NCBI GenBank assembly: GCA_041946805.1
Contig: JBHGBC010000148.1
Span: 1 to 15,403 of the forward strand
From: a bacterium
Lineage (GTDB): Bacteria > Hinthialibacterota > Hinthialibacteria > Hinthialibacterales > Hinthialibacteraceae
Direction: 5' to 3'
Length of the DNA: 15,403 bases
Positions 1 through 7,565 of this stretch are shown here, in pieces. Within the stretch, counting starts at the first letter, position 1, and every line of letters starts with the position of its first letter. The notes under the pieces were generated by a model. The model did not search any database. It saw only the letters and a list, made by a program, of their open reading frames with translations, and was not told the origin of the DNA. Both the position numbers and the translations under genes were made by a program.

Positions 1-47
1 TCCGCCCGAATTTCATCGAGTAGATGAAATGCCTTCTTCTCCAGCGG

Positions 48-69
48 GTACGCACTTGTCGGATGAACC
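48..69. mobile_element. Right-end TIR of the same MITE family; partner not seen, possibly upstream of the window
   Basis: GTACGCACTTGTCGGATGAACC is the exact (22/22) reverse complement of 8391-8412. Confidence 0.7.
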
Positions 70-84
70 CAAAAAAAGAGTAAT

Positions 85-127
85 TAATCCCCTCTCCCTC
101 TGGGAGAGGAGCAGGGTGAGGGAAGCC
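85..127 (+). repeat. BoxC-like palindromic repeat, copy 1
   Basis: TAATCCCCTCTCCCTCTGGGAGAGGAGCAGGGTGAGGGAAGCC; 40/43 identical to 1955-1997. Confidence 0.85.
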
Positions 128-217
128 CGGAATTCATCCTTTTCCTGCAATTGAGTAAGCAGGTACAAAACGAATACGGCCTCTTGATGATTCACATTAT
201 GCAAAGGAGGAACCGCC

Positions 218-1789
218 GTGCGAAAAAAATCCCTCTTCACTCGTAGTTGCATATTCCTTCTGGCGTTCACCATTCGACCTGTCTGCTCGCAGGACCTCTC
301 GGATCTCTCCCAAATCCATCCCGGACGGTCCAGCGCCGTGACCTCCGCCGATCCCAATCCCGGCAGCAACGCGGACCGCATCCGGTACGTGGCTCCCGGC
401 GAAACGAAGGTCCTGGCCGACATACCCGGCCCGGCGGTCATCCGGCATATCTGGCTGACATTCAACGAAGCGCGGCCGAACTGGCTCGAGGCGGAAGGCT
501 CCGCGCGCCCGGACGAGATCGTCCTGCGCATGTACTGGGACGATCATCCGGAACCGGCGGTCGAAGCGCCCCTCGGCGACTTCTTCGGCGCGGGATTCGG
601 GCTGCGCCGCGAGATCGTCTCCGTCCCCGTTCAGGTGGAGAGCGGCGACGGCTACAACTGTTATTGGCCCATGCCCTTCTTCAAGCGGGGTCTCATCACG
701 ATCACCAACGAAGGGACCAAAAACGTGCGTAGTTTTTACTACCACATCGACTACACGCAAGAGGAAAGCCTTCCGGAAAAAACCGCCTATTTCTGCGCGC
801 AATACCGCAATGAATTCCCCGAGAAAACCGGCGGCGATTACCTCATCCTCGATGCGGAGGGCGAAGGCCACTACGTGGGAACCGTAATGTCCGTCCGCTC
901 CCGCAGCCCCTTCTGGTTCGGCGAGGGCGACGCGAAATTCTACATCGACGGGGACGCCAAGCCCACAATCCAGGGAACCGGCACCGAGGATTATTTCTTG
1001 ATGGCCTGGGGATTGAATGAGCGGCTGTTCCCTTATTTCGGCTGCACGTACCTGAGCTGCGATTTTGAAGACCTGGGCGTGGAATACTGCCTCTACCGCT
1101 GGCATATTGACGATCCGGTGCGTTTCACCAAATCCCTCCGCTTTGAAATCGAACACAAGGGCTGGATCACCGCCGACGAGACCGAAAGCGGCCAGATCGA
1201 GGGCCACGTGGAACGGGAAGACGACATGGCCACCGTGGCCTTCTGGTACCAAATCGGCCAGCCGAAACGCTTCACCCGGCTCCCGCCCTTGGCGGAACGC
1301 GTGTTGCCCAATATCGATTCTATCATCGAGGGGAAAACGCTGCTGCCCACCGCCCGGCATTCCCCGGGAGTTCTGGAACTGCAAAAGGGATACGATTGGA
1401 CCGGCGACGGCCAGCTCTTTTTCATGCCGGCCAGCGGGGAACCGTCTCTCGAGGTGGACTTCCAGGTCGAGAAGGAAGAATACCGCGGCCTGCTGCTGCG
1501 CTGTACCTACGCGAACGATTACGGCATCTACCGGATCTTTCTGGACGGGAAAAACGTGCGTCAACCGGACGACTACATGGCGGGCCAAAAGCTGCAGGAC
1601 TTCGATTTCTACTCCCAAGACCTGCTCGTGAAAGACATTTACCTGGGCAGTTTCAAACTTCCCGTGGGAAAGCACACGTTGCGCTTTGAATACAGGGGCC
1701 AGAATCCCCTATCACAAGGAAAATACCTGGGCCTCGATTCCATCCGCCTGCGCGAGCGCTGGGATAAAAAACGCAAGGCGCTGCAGTAA
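218..1789 (+). CDS. Secreted glycoside hydrolase family 172 (DUF2961) protein with a C-terminal beta-sandwich extension
   Basis: 523-aa ORF; GTG start with AGGAGG at 205-210; N-terminal signal peptide. DUF2961 motifs GPAVIRHIW, VEAPLGDFFG, NCYWPMPF, GEGHYVG, GEGDAKFYIDG, GTGTEDYF, YRWHIDDPVRF. Confidence 0.88.
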   Translation: MRKKSLFTRSCIFLLAFTIRPVCSQDLSDLSQIHPGRSSAVTSADPNPGSNADRIRYVAPGETKVLADIPGPAVIRHIWLTFNEARPNWLEAEGSARPDEIVLRMYWDDHPEPAVEAPLGDFFGAGFGLRREIVSVPVQVESGDGYNCYWPMPFFKRGLITITNEGTKNVRSFYYHIDYTQEESLPEKTAYFCAQYRNEFPEKTGGDYLILDAEGEGHYVGTVMSVRSRSPFWFGEGDAKFYIDGDAKPTIQGTGTEDYFLMAWGLNERLFPYFGCTYLSCDFEDLGVEYCLYRWHIDDPVRFTKSLRFEIEHKGWITADETESGQIEGHVEREDDMATVAFWYQIGQPKRFTRLPPLAERVLPNIDSIIEGKTLLPTARHSPGVLELQKGYDWTGDGQLFFMPASGEPSLEVDFQVEKEEYRGLLLRCTYANDYGIYRIFLDGKNVRQPDDYMAGQKLQDFDFYSQDLLVKDIYLGSFKLPVGKHTLRFEYRGQNPLSQGKYLGLDSIRLRERWDKKRKALQ

Positions 1790-1886
1790 TCAAGGCATTG
1801 CCGTATTCCTGATAAACCAATGCGGTGATTCCGAATCATGGTCATCCAGAAGACGATTTATCGGTATTCGACGCCGATTTTCGATC

Positions 1887-1930
1887 GCCAACGGCGCGGC
1901 CTGAGCATAGCCCTGGGCGTAAGCCCCGGG
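1887..1930 (+). repeat. REP-like hairpin unit
   Basis: Mini-hairpin GCC-AAC-GGC, then ATAG-CCCTGGGC-GTAA-GCCCCGGG (8-bp stem with one mismatch). Confidence 0.5.
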
Positions 1931-1954
1931 AGAGATAGTTTCGTGAAAAGTAAA

Positions 1955-1997
1955 TAATCCCCTCTCCCTCTGGGAGAGGGTAAGGGTGAGGGAAGCC
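1955..1997 (+). repeat. BoxC-like palindromic repeat, copy 2
   Basis: TAATCCCCTCTCCCTCTGGGAGAGGGTAAGGGTGAGGGAAGCC: hairpin CCCTCTCCC-TCT-GGGAGAGGG plus a purine-rich tail. Confidence 0.85.
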
Positions 1998-2082
1998 TTA
2001 TTGTGATGCTTCCACCTCTACTTCGCGTGTAAATCATATGGAGCATTGTCAATAAGAGTTCCCTTCCGCGGACGGTTTAAAC

Positions 2083-2106
2083 TAGCCTAGGATTTCAACC
2101 CTGGGC
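2083..2106 (+). repeat. REP-like hairpin unit
   Basis: TAGCCTAGGATTTCAACCCTGGGC; same TAGCC..GG...CC.GGG layout as 1908-1930. Confidence 0.45.
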
Positions 2107-2120
2107 AAAATATCTCCAGG

Positions 2121-2142
2121 GTACACATTTGCCAAATGCATC
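2121..2142. mobile_element. Degenerate right-end TIR copy
   Basis: GTACACATTTGCCAAATGCATC matches 48-69 at 15/22 positions, and both are preceded by TCTCCAG(CG)G. No left partner found. Confidence 0.4.
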
Positions 2143-2203
2143 GCCAATAGACTGGAATTGATAAATCGCCTTGTTTCAGACGTAAAACCCAAGGAGCCAA
2201 ACC

Positions 2204-3109
2204 ATGCGCATACCTGAAAAACTCCTCTACTGCCATACAATCCTATTGATTTTGATCATGACTTCCCTCACCTGCGGCTACGGGCAATCATTGCCCGAGG
2301 GAGTGAAAGCGTTCAAGAACCTCGAGTACGTTCCGGGGGGCCACGAACGCCAGAAACTGGATCTCTACGTGCGGGAGGGGAAAAGCCCGTATCCCCTGGT
2401 CATCTGGATTCATGGCGGGGCATTCCGCATGGGGAGCAAGGACTCCTGCCCCGCCCTGTGGTTGACCGGCGAGGGTTACGCCGTGGCGAGCCTCAACTAC
2501 CGCCTCAGCCAGCACGCGATCTTCCCCGCGCAGATCGAGGACTGCAAGGCCGCCGTCCGCTGGCTGCGCGCCCACGCGGCGGAGTACCGCCTCGATCCGG
2601 AGCATTTCGGCGCGTGGGGGGCGTCGGCCGGCGGTCATTTGGCCGCGATGCTGGGCGTCACCGGCGGCGTGGCGGAATTCGAGAAGGGGGGGAACCTGGA
2701 CCAATCCAGCCGGGTGCAAGCGGTGTGCGATTGGTTCGGCCCGACCGATTTCACCTTGATGAACAAGTTCCCGGGAGACATGGACCACGACGCGCCGGAT
2801 TCACCGGAATCGCAGCTGATCGGCGGACCGGTGCAAGAGAACAAGGAGAAAGCCCAACGCGCCAATCCCATTTCCTACGTGACCGCGGACGATCCTCCGT
2901 TTCTCATCATGCACGGTGACCAGGACCCGCTGGTGCCCATCCACCAAAGCGAGCTGCTGGACGCGGCGTTGCGCCAGGCCGGCGCGGCTGTCACGTTTCA
3001 CGCCGTCCAAGGCGCCGGGCATGGATTTCAGGAACCGAAGCTCGACCGCATGGTTCTGGAATTCTTCGACCGGCATCTCAAGACAATAGCCGGCGAGGGG
3101 AAGAAGTGA
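2204..3109 (+). CDS. Secreted alpha/beta-hydrolase (HSL-like / BD-FAE-type carbohydrate esterase)
   Basis: 301 aa; AAGGAG RBS upstream; hydrophobic N-terminus. Oxyanion motif HGGAF, nucleophile elbow GASAG, catalytic Asp in HGDQDPLVP and His in GAGHG. Confidence 0.9.
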   Translation: MRIPEKLLYCHTILLILIMTSLTCGYGQSLPEGVKAFKNLEYVPGGHERQKLDLYVREGKSPYPLVIWIHGGAFRMGSKDSCPALWLTGEGYAVASLNYRLSQHAIFPAQIEDCKAAVRWLRAHAAEYRLDPEHFGAWGASAGGHLAAMLGVTGGVAEFEKGGNLDQSSRVQAVCDWFGPTDFTLMNKFPGDMDHDAPDSPESQLIGGPVQENKEKAQRANPISYVTADDPPFLIMHGDQDPLVPIHQSELLDAALRQAGAAVTFHAVQGAGHGFQEPKLDRMVLEFFDRHLKTIAGEGKK

Positions 3110-3201
3110 GGAGAGGGAAAAAAGAGATTGTTCAGACTTGAATATGGATGATCTGGACGGTTCTTGTATGAACCTATCCAACGATAGAAGGAGACACCCA
3201 A

Positions 3202-4491
3202 ATGAAGACAACGATGCGATGGACACTGTTGTTGCTGTTGTTCCTATTGTTCGTAATCGTCTCGGGCGCGCGCGCGGAGAATTACGTCTTCCCGGTGAAG
3301 GTCAGCGAAAATGGCCGTTATTTTGTTGACCAGAACAACCAGCCGGTCTTTTGGCTGGGCATCACGCAATGGCAGATTTTCCGGGAGTACACGCTCGAGG
3401 AAGCCCGGTTGATCCTGGAAAACGCGAAAAACAAGGGATTCGTTTTCGTCCAGGCCATGCTCATGGGCGTCGGAGACGGAACGAAACCCAATATTCACGG
3501 CGAAAAACCCTGGCATAATGACAATCCCCTAACGCCCAACGAAGCCTACTTTCAAAACGTGGACGCCGTGATCCAGGCCGCCCGCGATAACAATGTGATC
3601 ATCTCCGTGACGCTGTATCACCAACGCTACCGCCAGTGCATCACCCTGGAGAAAGCCCGCGCCTGGGCGAAATGGCTGGCCACCCGGTACAAGGACGTCC
3701 CCAATATCGTGTGGTCGATGACTCCGGAGGCGAAGGAGGAGTTCGTTCCCATCCTGCGCGAACTGGCCAAGGGACTGCGGGAAGGGGACGGTGGATCTCA
3801 TCTCATTACGTTCAAGCCGGATCCCGCACCGTTCTCGTCCAGCTTCATTCATCAGGAAGAGTGGCTGGATTTCGACTCCATGCAGACCTGGAATGCCGTG
3901 AAACTGATCTATCCCATGGTGACCCACGATTACAATCTCATCCCCGTCAAGCCCGTGCTCATGGCGGAAGGCGCTTATGAACAAGGTTCGGAATACGGAT
4001 TCGACGTGACTCCCCTGTGGATCCGCCGGCAGGCTTATTATTCCTACCTGGCCGGAGCGCATCACACCTACGGCCACAACGACAGCTGGCGCGTGCTCCC
4101 CACCTGGAAAAAGGCTTTGGACGCGCCCGGCGCGGTGCAAATGGGCATTCTGAAGAAAATTTTGGAATCCTTGCCGGAATGGTGGCTGCTCGTTCCTGAT
4201 CAAAGCATCTTCGCCGGCGGCGGCCATACGGAAGGGGAATTGTTGAACCTGGCGGCCCGGCATAAGGATGGCAAGTGGCTCATGATTTACCTGAGCCAGA
4301 AATGCGAGTTTTCCATCCACCTGAACAAGCTCACCGGAGGAGGCCCGGTCAACGCCTTCTGGGTGGATCCCCGAACGGGCGAATCGGCCGCGGCCGGATC
4401 GTTTCCCAACCAGGGGGAGAAGTCCTTCTCCACGCCCGAGGGATGGGAAGACGCTCTTTTGATATTGAAAAGCGGAAGCCACGGAGGATAG
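3202..4491 (+). CDS. Secreted DUF4038 / apiosidase-like (GH140-related) glycoside hydrolase with a C-terminal putative collagen-binding-type domain
   Basis: 429 aa; AAGGAG RBS; clear signal peptide (ARA|E). Family-typical start PVKVSENGRYFVDQNNQPVFWLG, plus KPVLMAEGAYE, HTYGH, WWLLVPDQS and the C-terminal FWVDPRTG...PEGWEDALLIL. Confidence 0.82.
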   Translation: MKTTMRWTLLLLLFLLFVIVSGARAENYVFPVKVSENGRYFVDQNNQPVFWLGITQWQIFREYTLEEARLILENAKNKGFVFVQAMLMGVGDGTKPNIHGEKPWHNDNPLTPNEAYFQNVDAVIQAARDNNVIISVTLYHQRYRQCITLEKARAWAKWLATRYKDVPNIVWSMTPEAKEEFVPILRELAKGLREGDGGSHLITFKPDPAPFSSSFIHQEEWLDFDSMQTWNAVKLIYPMVTHDYNLIPVKPVLMAEGAYEQGSEYGFDVTPLWIRRQAYYSYLAGAHHTYGHNDSWRVLPTWKKALDAPGAVQMGILKKILESLPEWWLLVPDQSIFAGGGHTEGELLNLAARHKDGKWLMIYLSQKCEFSIHLNKLTGGGPVNAFWVDPRTGESAAAGSFPNQGEKSFSTPEGWEDALLILKSGSHGG

Positions 4492-4641
4492 GGCGGAGGA
4501 CTCTGGATCATCCGGCGGAGAATTCAACTGGCGGAAGTATGGGGATTCTATTAAACCGTTTCATCTTCCAGGTGTAGAGAGTATTCTATTCAGATTATTA
4601 AGGTTTATCCGGGAAGCACGTACATACTGAGGTAAAATTGA

Positions 4642-4669
4642 TAGGGCGGACACCAAGGTCCGCCCCTAC
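4642..4669 (-). repeat. GTAG-type REP palindrome
   Basis: The minus strand reads GTAG-GGGCGGAC-CTTGGT-GTCCGCCC: a GTAG tetranucleotide followed by a perfect 8-bp stem, the canonical REP layout. Confidence 0.75.
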
Positions 4670-4675
4670 AAAAAT

Positions 4676-4711
4676 CCCTTCACCCCGGCCCTCTTCCGGA
4701 AGGAGAGGGAA
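4676..4711 (-). repeat. BoxC-like repeat, degenerate, inside the MITE
   Basis: CCCTTCACCCCGGCCCTCTTCCGGAAGGAGAGGGAA on the + strand. Confidence 0.7.
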
Positions 4712-4875
4712 GTGTGGAGGCGGTTTTCAACGTGGCTTTCGAAAGGATGCGATCCGGCGATCTGAAAAAAGTACGCATTTACCGGATAAGCCATTATTAA
4801 CTTATCAAATCCACGCTTAAGAGCATCTGTTTACGCGGTTGCAGAAAAAGGATCTATTCCGCCCTTTCAGGGCCA

Positions 4876-4909
4876 CCCTCACCTTGGCCCTCTCCCGGAG
4901 GGAGAGGGA
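4876..4909 (-). repeat. BoxC-like repeat
   Basis: CCCTCACCTTGGCCCTCTCCCGGAGGGAGAGGGA on the + strand; perfect 9-bp stem. Confidence 0.8.
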
Positions 4910-5039
4910 ACAATAAATGGTCTGAATCAGAAGGTTAAAGCTACACAAGATGACCAGGATAAGGATGGGTTACACGCTTTGCTCTAAGCCATCCTCCATC
5001 GATCTGGATCCCCATTTTCGCGGGGAGGACATCCCTTCC

Positions 5040-5918
5040 CTATTTACCCTTCTCTTTCTTCCACTGCTCGAAATCGGCTTCGATGTCGGGAGTCCAGTCG
5101 CGGTCGATCTGGCCGGGGGTGTATTTGCCCTCGCGCAGGCGCTGATGCCCGAACTCGTCTTGCAGGCGGATGGCTTCCGATTTCTCCACCACCTCTTGCG
5201 CGAATTGCGGCGGGATGAAAATGATCCCTTCGCGCCGCCCCAGCACCACGTCGCCGGGCATGACCGTCGCCCGGCCGATGCGGATGGGAATGTTGATCCC
5301 CATCAGCGTCACGCCCGCGATGCCCGAGGGGTCCAGGCCCCGCACGAACACGTTGAAGTCGGGGATTTCATAGATCCCGTCCACGTCCCGCACCGCGCCG
5401 TCCACGATCATGCCGGTCTTGCTCTTGGCGTAGATCGAAGTGGCCAGGTTATCGCCCGCGAAGGTCCCCTCCACGATTTTGCCAAACAGGTCCACGACGA
5501 CCACGTCGTTTTCCACCAATGTGTCGATGACCCAGGAGTTTTGCGCGCCGACCCGCTGGTCCTTCCGGCCCAGTTCCCGCGTCACCTCCTCCACGTCGGG
5601 CCGCAGGGGCATGAACGCGGCGGTCACCGCGCGGCCCACCAGCACGCGGTCCGGATGCAGGTTGATCCATCCGCCCTCGAACTGCGCGTTGTACCGGTGC
5701 GACCGGAGCACCCCCCACGCCTCCTCGATCGACACCCGCTTCATCCGCTCGAGAAGATCGTCCGGCACCCGCGGCCGCCCGTCCTCGAAACGCGGAAAGG
5801 GATTCTGCCGCGTGAAGAGAATGCGCTGCTCCTTGGTGAACGTTCCATACTGCGCCTGGGCGGCGGGCGGCCAGGCCAGCCACACCGCCGCCACGAAAAA
5901 CGCCAACCGTTTCATCAT
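5040..5918 (-). CDS. RraA-like / HMG-aldolase family protein with an N-terminal Sec-type signal peptide
   Basis: 292 aa; AAGGAG RBS directly after the upstream stop codon. RraA motifs VLVGRAVTA, VVVVD...FAGDNLA, IVDGAVRD, VMPGDVVLG..EGIIFIP. N-terminus MMKRLAFFVAAVWLAWPPAAQA|Q. Confidence 0.85.
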   Translation of the reverse strand: MMKRLAFFVAAVWLAWPPAAQAQYGTFTKEQRILFTRQNPFPRFEDGRPRVPDDLLERMKRVSIEEAWGVLRSHRYNAQFEGGWINLHPDRVLVGRAVTAAFMPLRPDVEEVTRELGRKDQRVGAQNSWVIDTLVENDVVVVDLFGKIVEGTFAGDNLATSIYAKSKTGMIVDGAVRDVDGIYEIPDFNVFVRGLDPSGIAGVTLMGINIPIRIGRATVMPGDVVLGRREGIIFIPPQFAQEVVEKSEAIRLQDEFGHQRLREGKYTPGQIDRDWTPDIEADFEQWKKEKGK

Positions 5919-5933
5919 TCTGGATTCTCCTTT

Positions 5934-7298
5934 TCAACTCCACAACCGGTCGTGCGAACGGATCCGGTCCCATTCCGGCGTGGGCGCGAAATACTCCGCT
6001 CCCCGCAAATGCGCTTTGACCGCCTCTTCATTCAGTTCGACGCCCAGGCCGGGCGTTTCGGGCACGGGAATGTAGCCCTGTTGCACGATGGGTTTCGGCA
6101 CGCCGTCAACCAAACTGTCCCACCAGGGGATATCGACGGAATGGTTTTCCAGCGCGATGAAGTTCTGCGTCGCCGCCGCGCAGTGCACGTTGGCCATGCA
6201 CGAAACCGGCGTCCCCGCGAAGTGCAGGGCCATCGCCACGCCGTGTTCTTCCGCGTAATCGCCGATCCTCTTGGTTTCCAGAATCCCCCCGGCGGTGGCC
6301 AGGTCGGGATGGATCATATCCACGGCGTGCGCGTCGATCAGTTTGATGAATTCCTCCTTCAGGTAGATGTCCTCGCCGGTGAGAGTGGGCACGTCGATCG
6401 CGTCGGTGATCGATTTCCACAGGTCCGTGTATTCCCAAGGGATCATGTCTTCCAGCCAGGCCAGTTGATACGGCTCCAGCGCCTTGCCCAGTTTGATGCA
6501 GCTGTTCACGCCGATGTGGCCGAAATGGTCCGCCGCCAGGGGCAGTTCGTATCCAACCTCTTCCCGGATCGCCTGGATGAATTCGGCCATGATCTGGATG
6601 CCCTTGGCCGTGATCTCGATGCCGGTGAAGGGATGCTTCGTGTTTTCGTAGTTCTCCAGGTCCAGGGGCCGGGTGACGGTGTTGGGAATGTCCCGCAGCA
6701 GGTTGATGCCCAGATCCATCTTCAAATAGGTATAGCCCTGCTCCACCCGCTTTTTCATGACGGCGGCGAATTCCTTGGGATCGGGCCGGCCGGGCGTGTC
6801 GCAGTACATGCGGATACGGCCGCGGTATTTCCCCCCCAGCAGCTGATAGACGGGAACCCCGTACGCCTTGCCCGCCAGGTCCCACAGCGCCATTTCCACG
6901 CCGGACACGCCGCCGCCCTGCCGTCCGTGGTGGCCGAATTGCTTGATCTTCTTGAAGATCTTCTCCACGTTGCACGGATTCTCGCCCAGCAGCCGGCTTT
7001 TGAGAAACAACGCGTAGCGCTCGGTCGCGCCATCCCGCACTTCGCCCAAGCCGGAAATTCCCTGGTTGGTGTCGATGCGGATCAGAGGGCAACGCATGGG
7101 CGCGTCGCGTAACACCGTGACCCGCAAATCGGTGATCTTCAGCTCGGAAGGTTTGGAATTGCGGTTGACATTCTGGCCCGCGTATTCGAGTTCCTCTTCG
7201 AGGGCGAAGGGGGAAAATCCCACAAGAATCCCCGCCGCGCCCGCCGCCTTCAAAAACATCCGGCGGCCCGTTTTTTTCGACCGGTTCACAAAGACCAT
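5934..7298 (-). CDS. Mandelate racemase/muconate lactonizing (enolase superfamily) enzyme, probable acid-sugar dehydratase, with a Tat signal
   Basis: Start moved from 7343 to the ATG at 7298 (GGAGG 9 nt upstream); 454 aa. Motifs IRIDTNQGISGLGE, SGVEMALWDLAGKAYGVPVYQLLGG, metal ligands in ADH/WLED/TGED, HPDLATAGG. Twin-arginine motif GRRMFLK. Confidence 0.9.
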   Translation of the reverse strand: MVFVNRSKKTGRRMFLKAAGAAGILVGFSPFALEEELEYAGQNVNRNSKPSELKITDLRVTVLRDAPMRCPLIRIDTNQGISGLGEVRDGATERYALFLKSRLLGENPCNVEKIFKKIKQFGHHGRQGGGVSGVEMALWDLAGKAYGVPVYQLLGGKYRGRIRMYCDTPGRPDPKEFAAVMKKRVEQGYTYLKMDLGINLLRDIPNTVTRPLDLENYENTKHPFTGIEITAKGIQIMAEFIQAIREEVGYELPLAADHFGHIGVNSCIKLGKALEPYQLAWLEDMIPWEYTDLWKSITDAIDVPTLTGEDIYLKEEFIKLIDAHAVDMIHPDLATAGGILETKRIGDYAEEHGVAMALHFAGTPVSCMANVHCAAATQNFIALENHSVDIPWWDSLVDGVPKPIVQQGYIPVPETPGLGVELNEEAVKAHLRGAEYFAPTPEWDRIRSHDRLWS

Positions 7299-7456
7299 GG
7301 ATCCATTCCTCCCCTTGATTTGGATTGGTGGCGAGTAAGGCATGCTGGACTGCGATTTTCATGGAGTCATCAACCTACCACAAATCTCCGCCCCTGAATA
7401 CACCCGCTGCCGGGCGCGCCGCGGAAAGGCCCAAGACCATTCCATGGAACAACGGA

Positions 7457-7485
7457 TTGAATTTCCGGGGCAAGCAGGGTAAAGT
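7457..7485 (+). promoter_or_regulatory. Candidate sigma70-type promoter for the pilin gene
   Basis: TTGAAT-17 nt-TAAAGT in the divergent intergenic region, 80 nt before the ATG. Confidence 0.4.
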
Positions 7486-7565
7486 TTAAAGCCAATCCCG
7501 CCCATCATGGTTTTCTGGAATGGATGGACAGGCCTATCCCACTGGATGTGGAGGAATCACGGTAC

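Larger units (their letters stand above)
4602..4792. mobile_element. 191-bp MITE-like element with 22-bp imperfect TIRs and an 8-bp target-site duplication
   Basis: Left end GGTTTATCCGGGAAGCACGTAC (4602-4623); right end GTACGCATTTACCGGATAAGCC (4771-4792), 17/22 complementary. ATTATTAA directly flanks both sides (4594-4601, 4793-4800). No transposase inside. Confidence 0.8.

Noticed and set aside
1..47. Possible 3' end of an upstream gene
   Set aside because: Too little sequence to choose a reading frame.
197..1675. 492-aa minus-strand ORF, and similar ORFs 3529-4527, 10828-12126, 12442-13479, 13596-14855
   Set aside because: Stop-poor antisense frames expected in GC-rich coding DNA; each overlaps a well-supported gene.
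4487..4650. 11-nt direct repeat GATAGGGCGGA (4487-4497 and 4640-4650)
   Set aside because: Short, overlaps a stop codon, and the first copy has no second hairpin arm; chance or an uninformative remnant.
4950..7112. 720-aa plus-strand ORF
   Set aside because: Antisense shadow of the two minus-strand genes, which carry clear family motifs and RBSs; the translation has no recognisable motifs.
6106..7362. 418-aa alternative-frame minus-strand ORF
   Set aside because: Arg/Gly/Pro-rich off-frame translation overlapping the enolase-superfamily gene.
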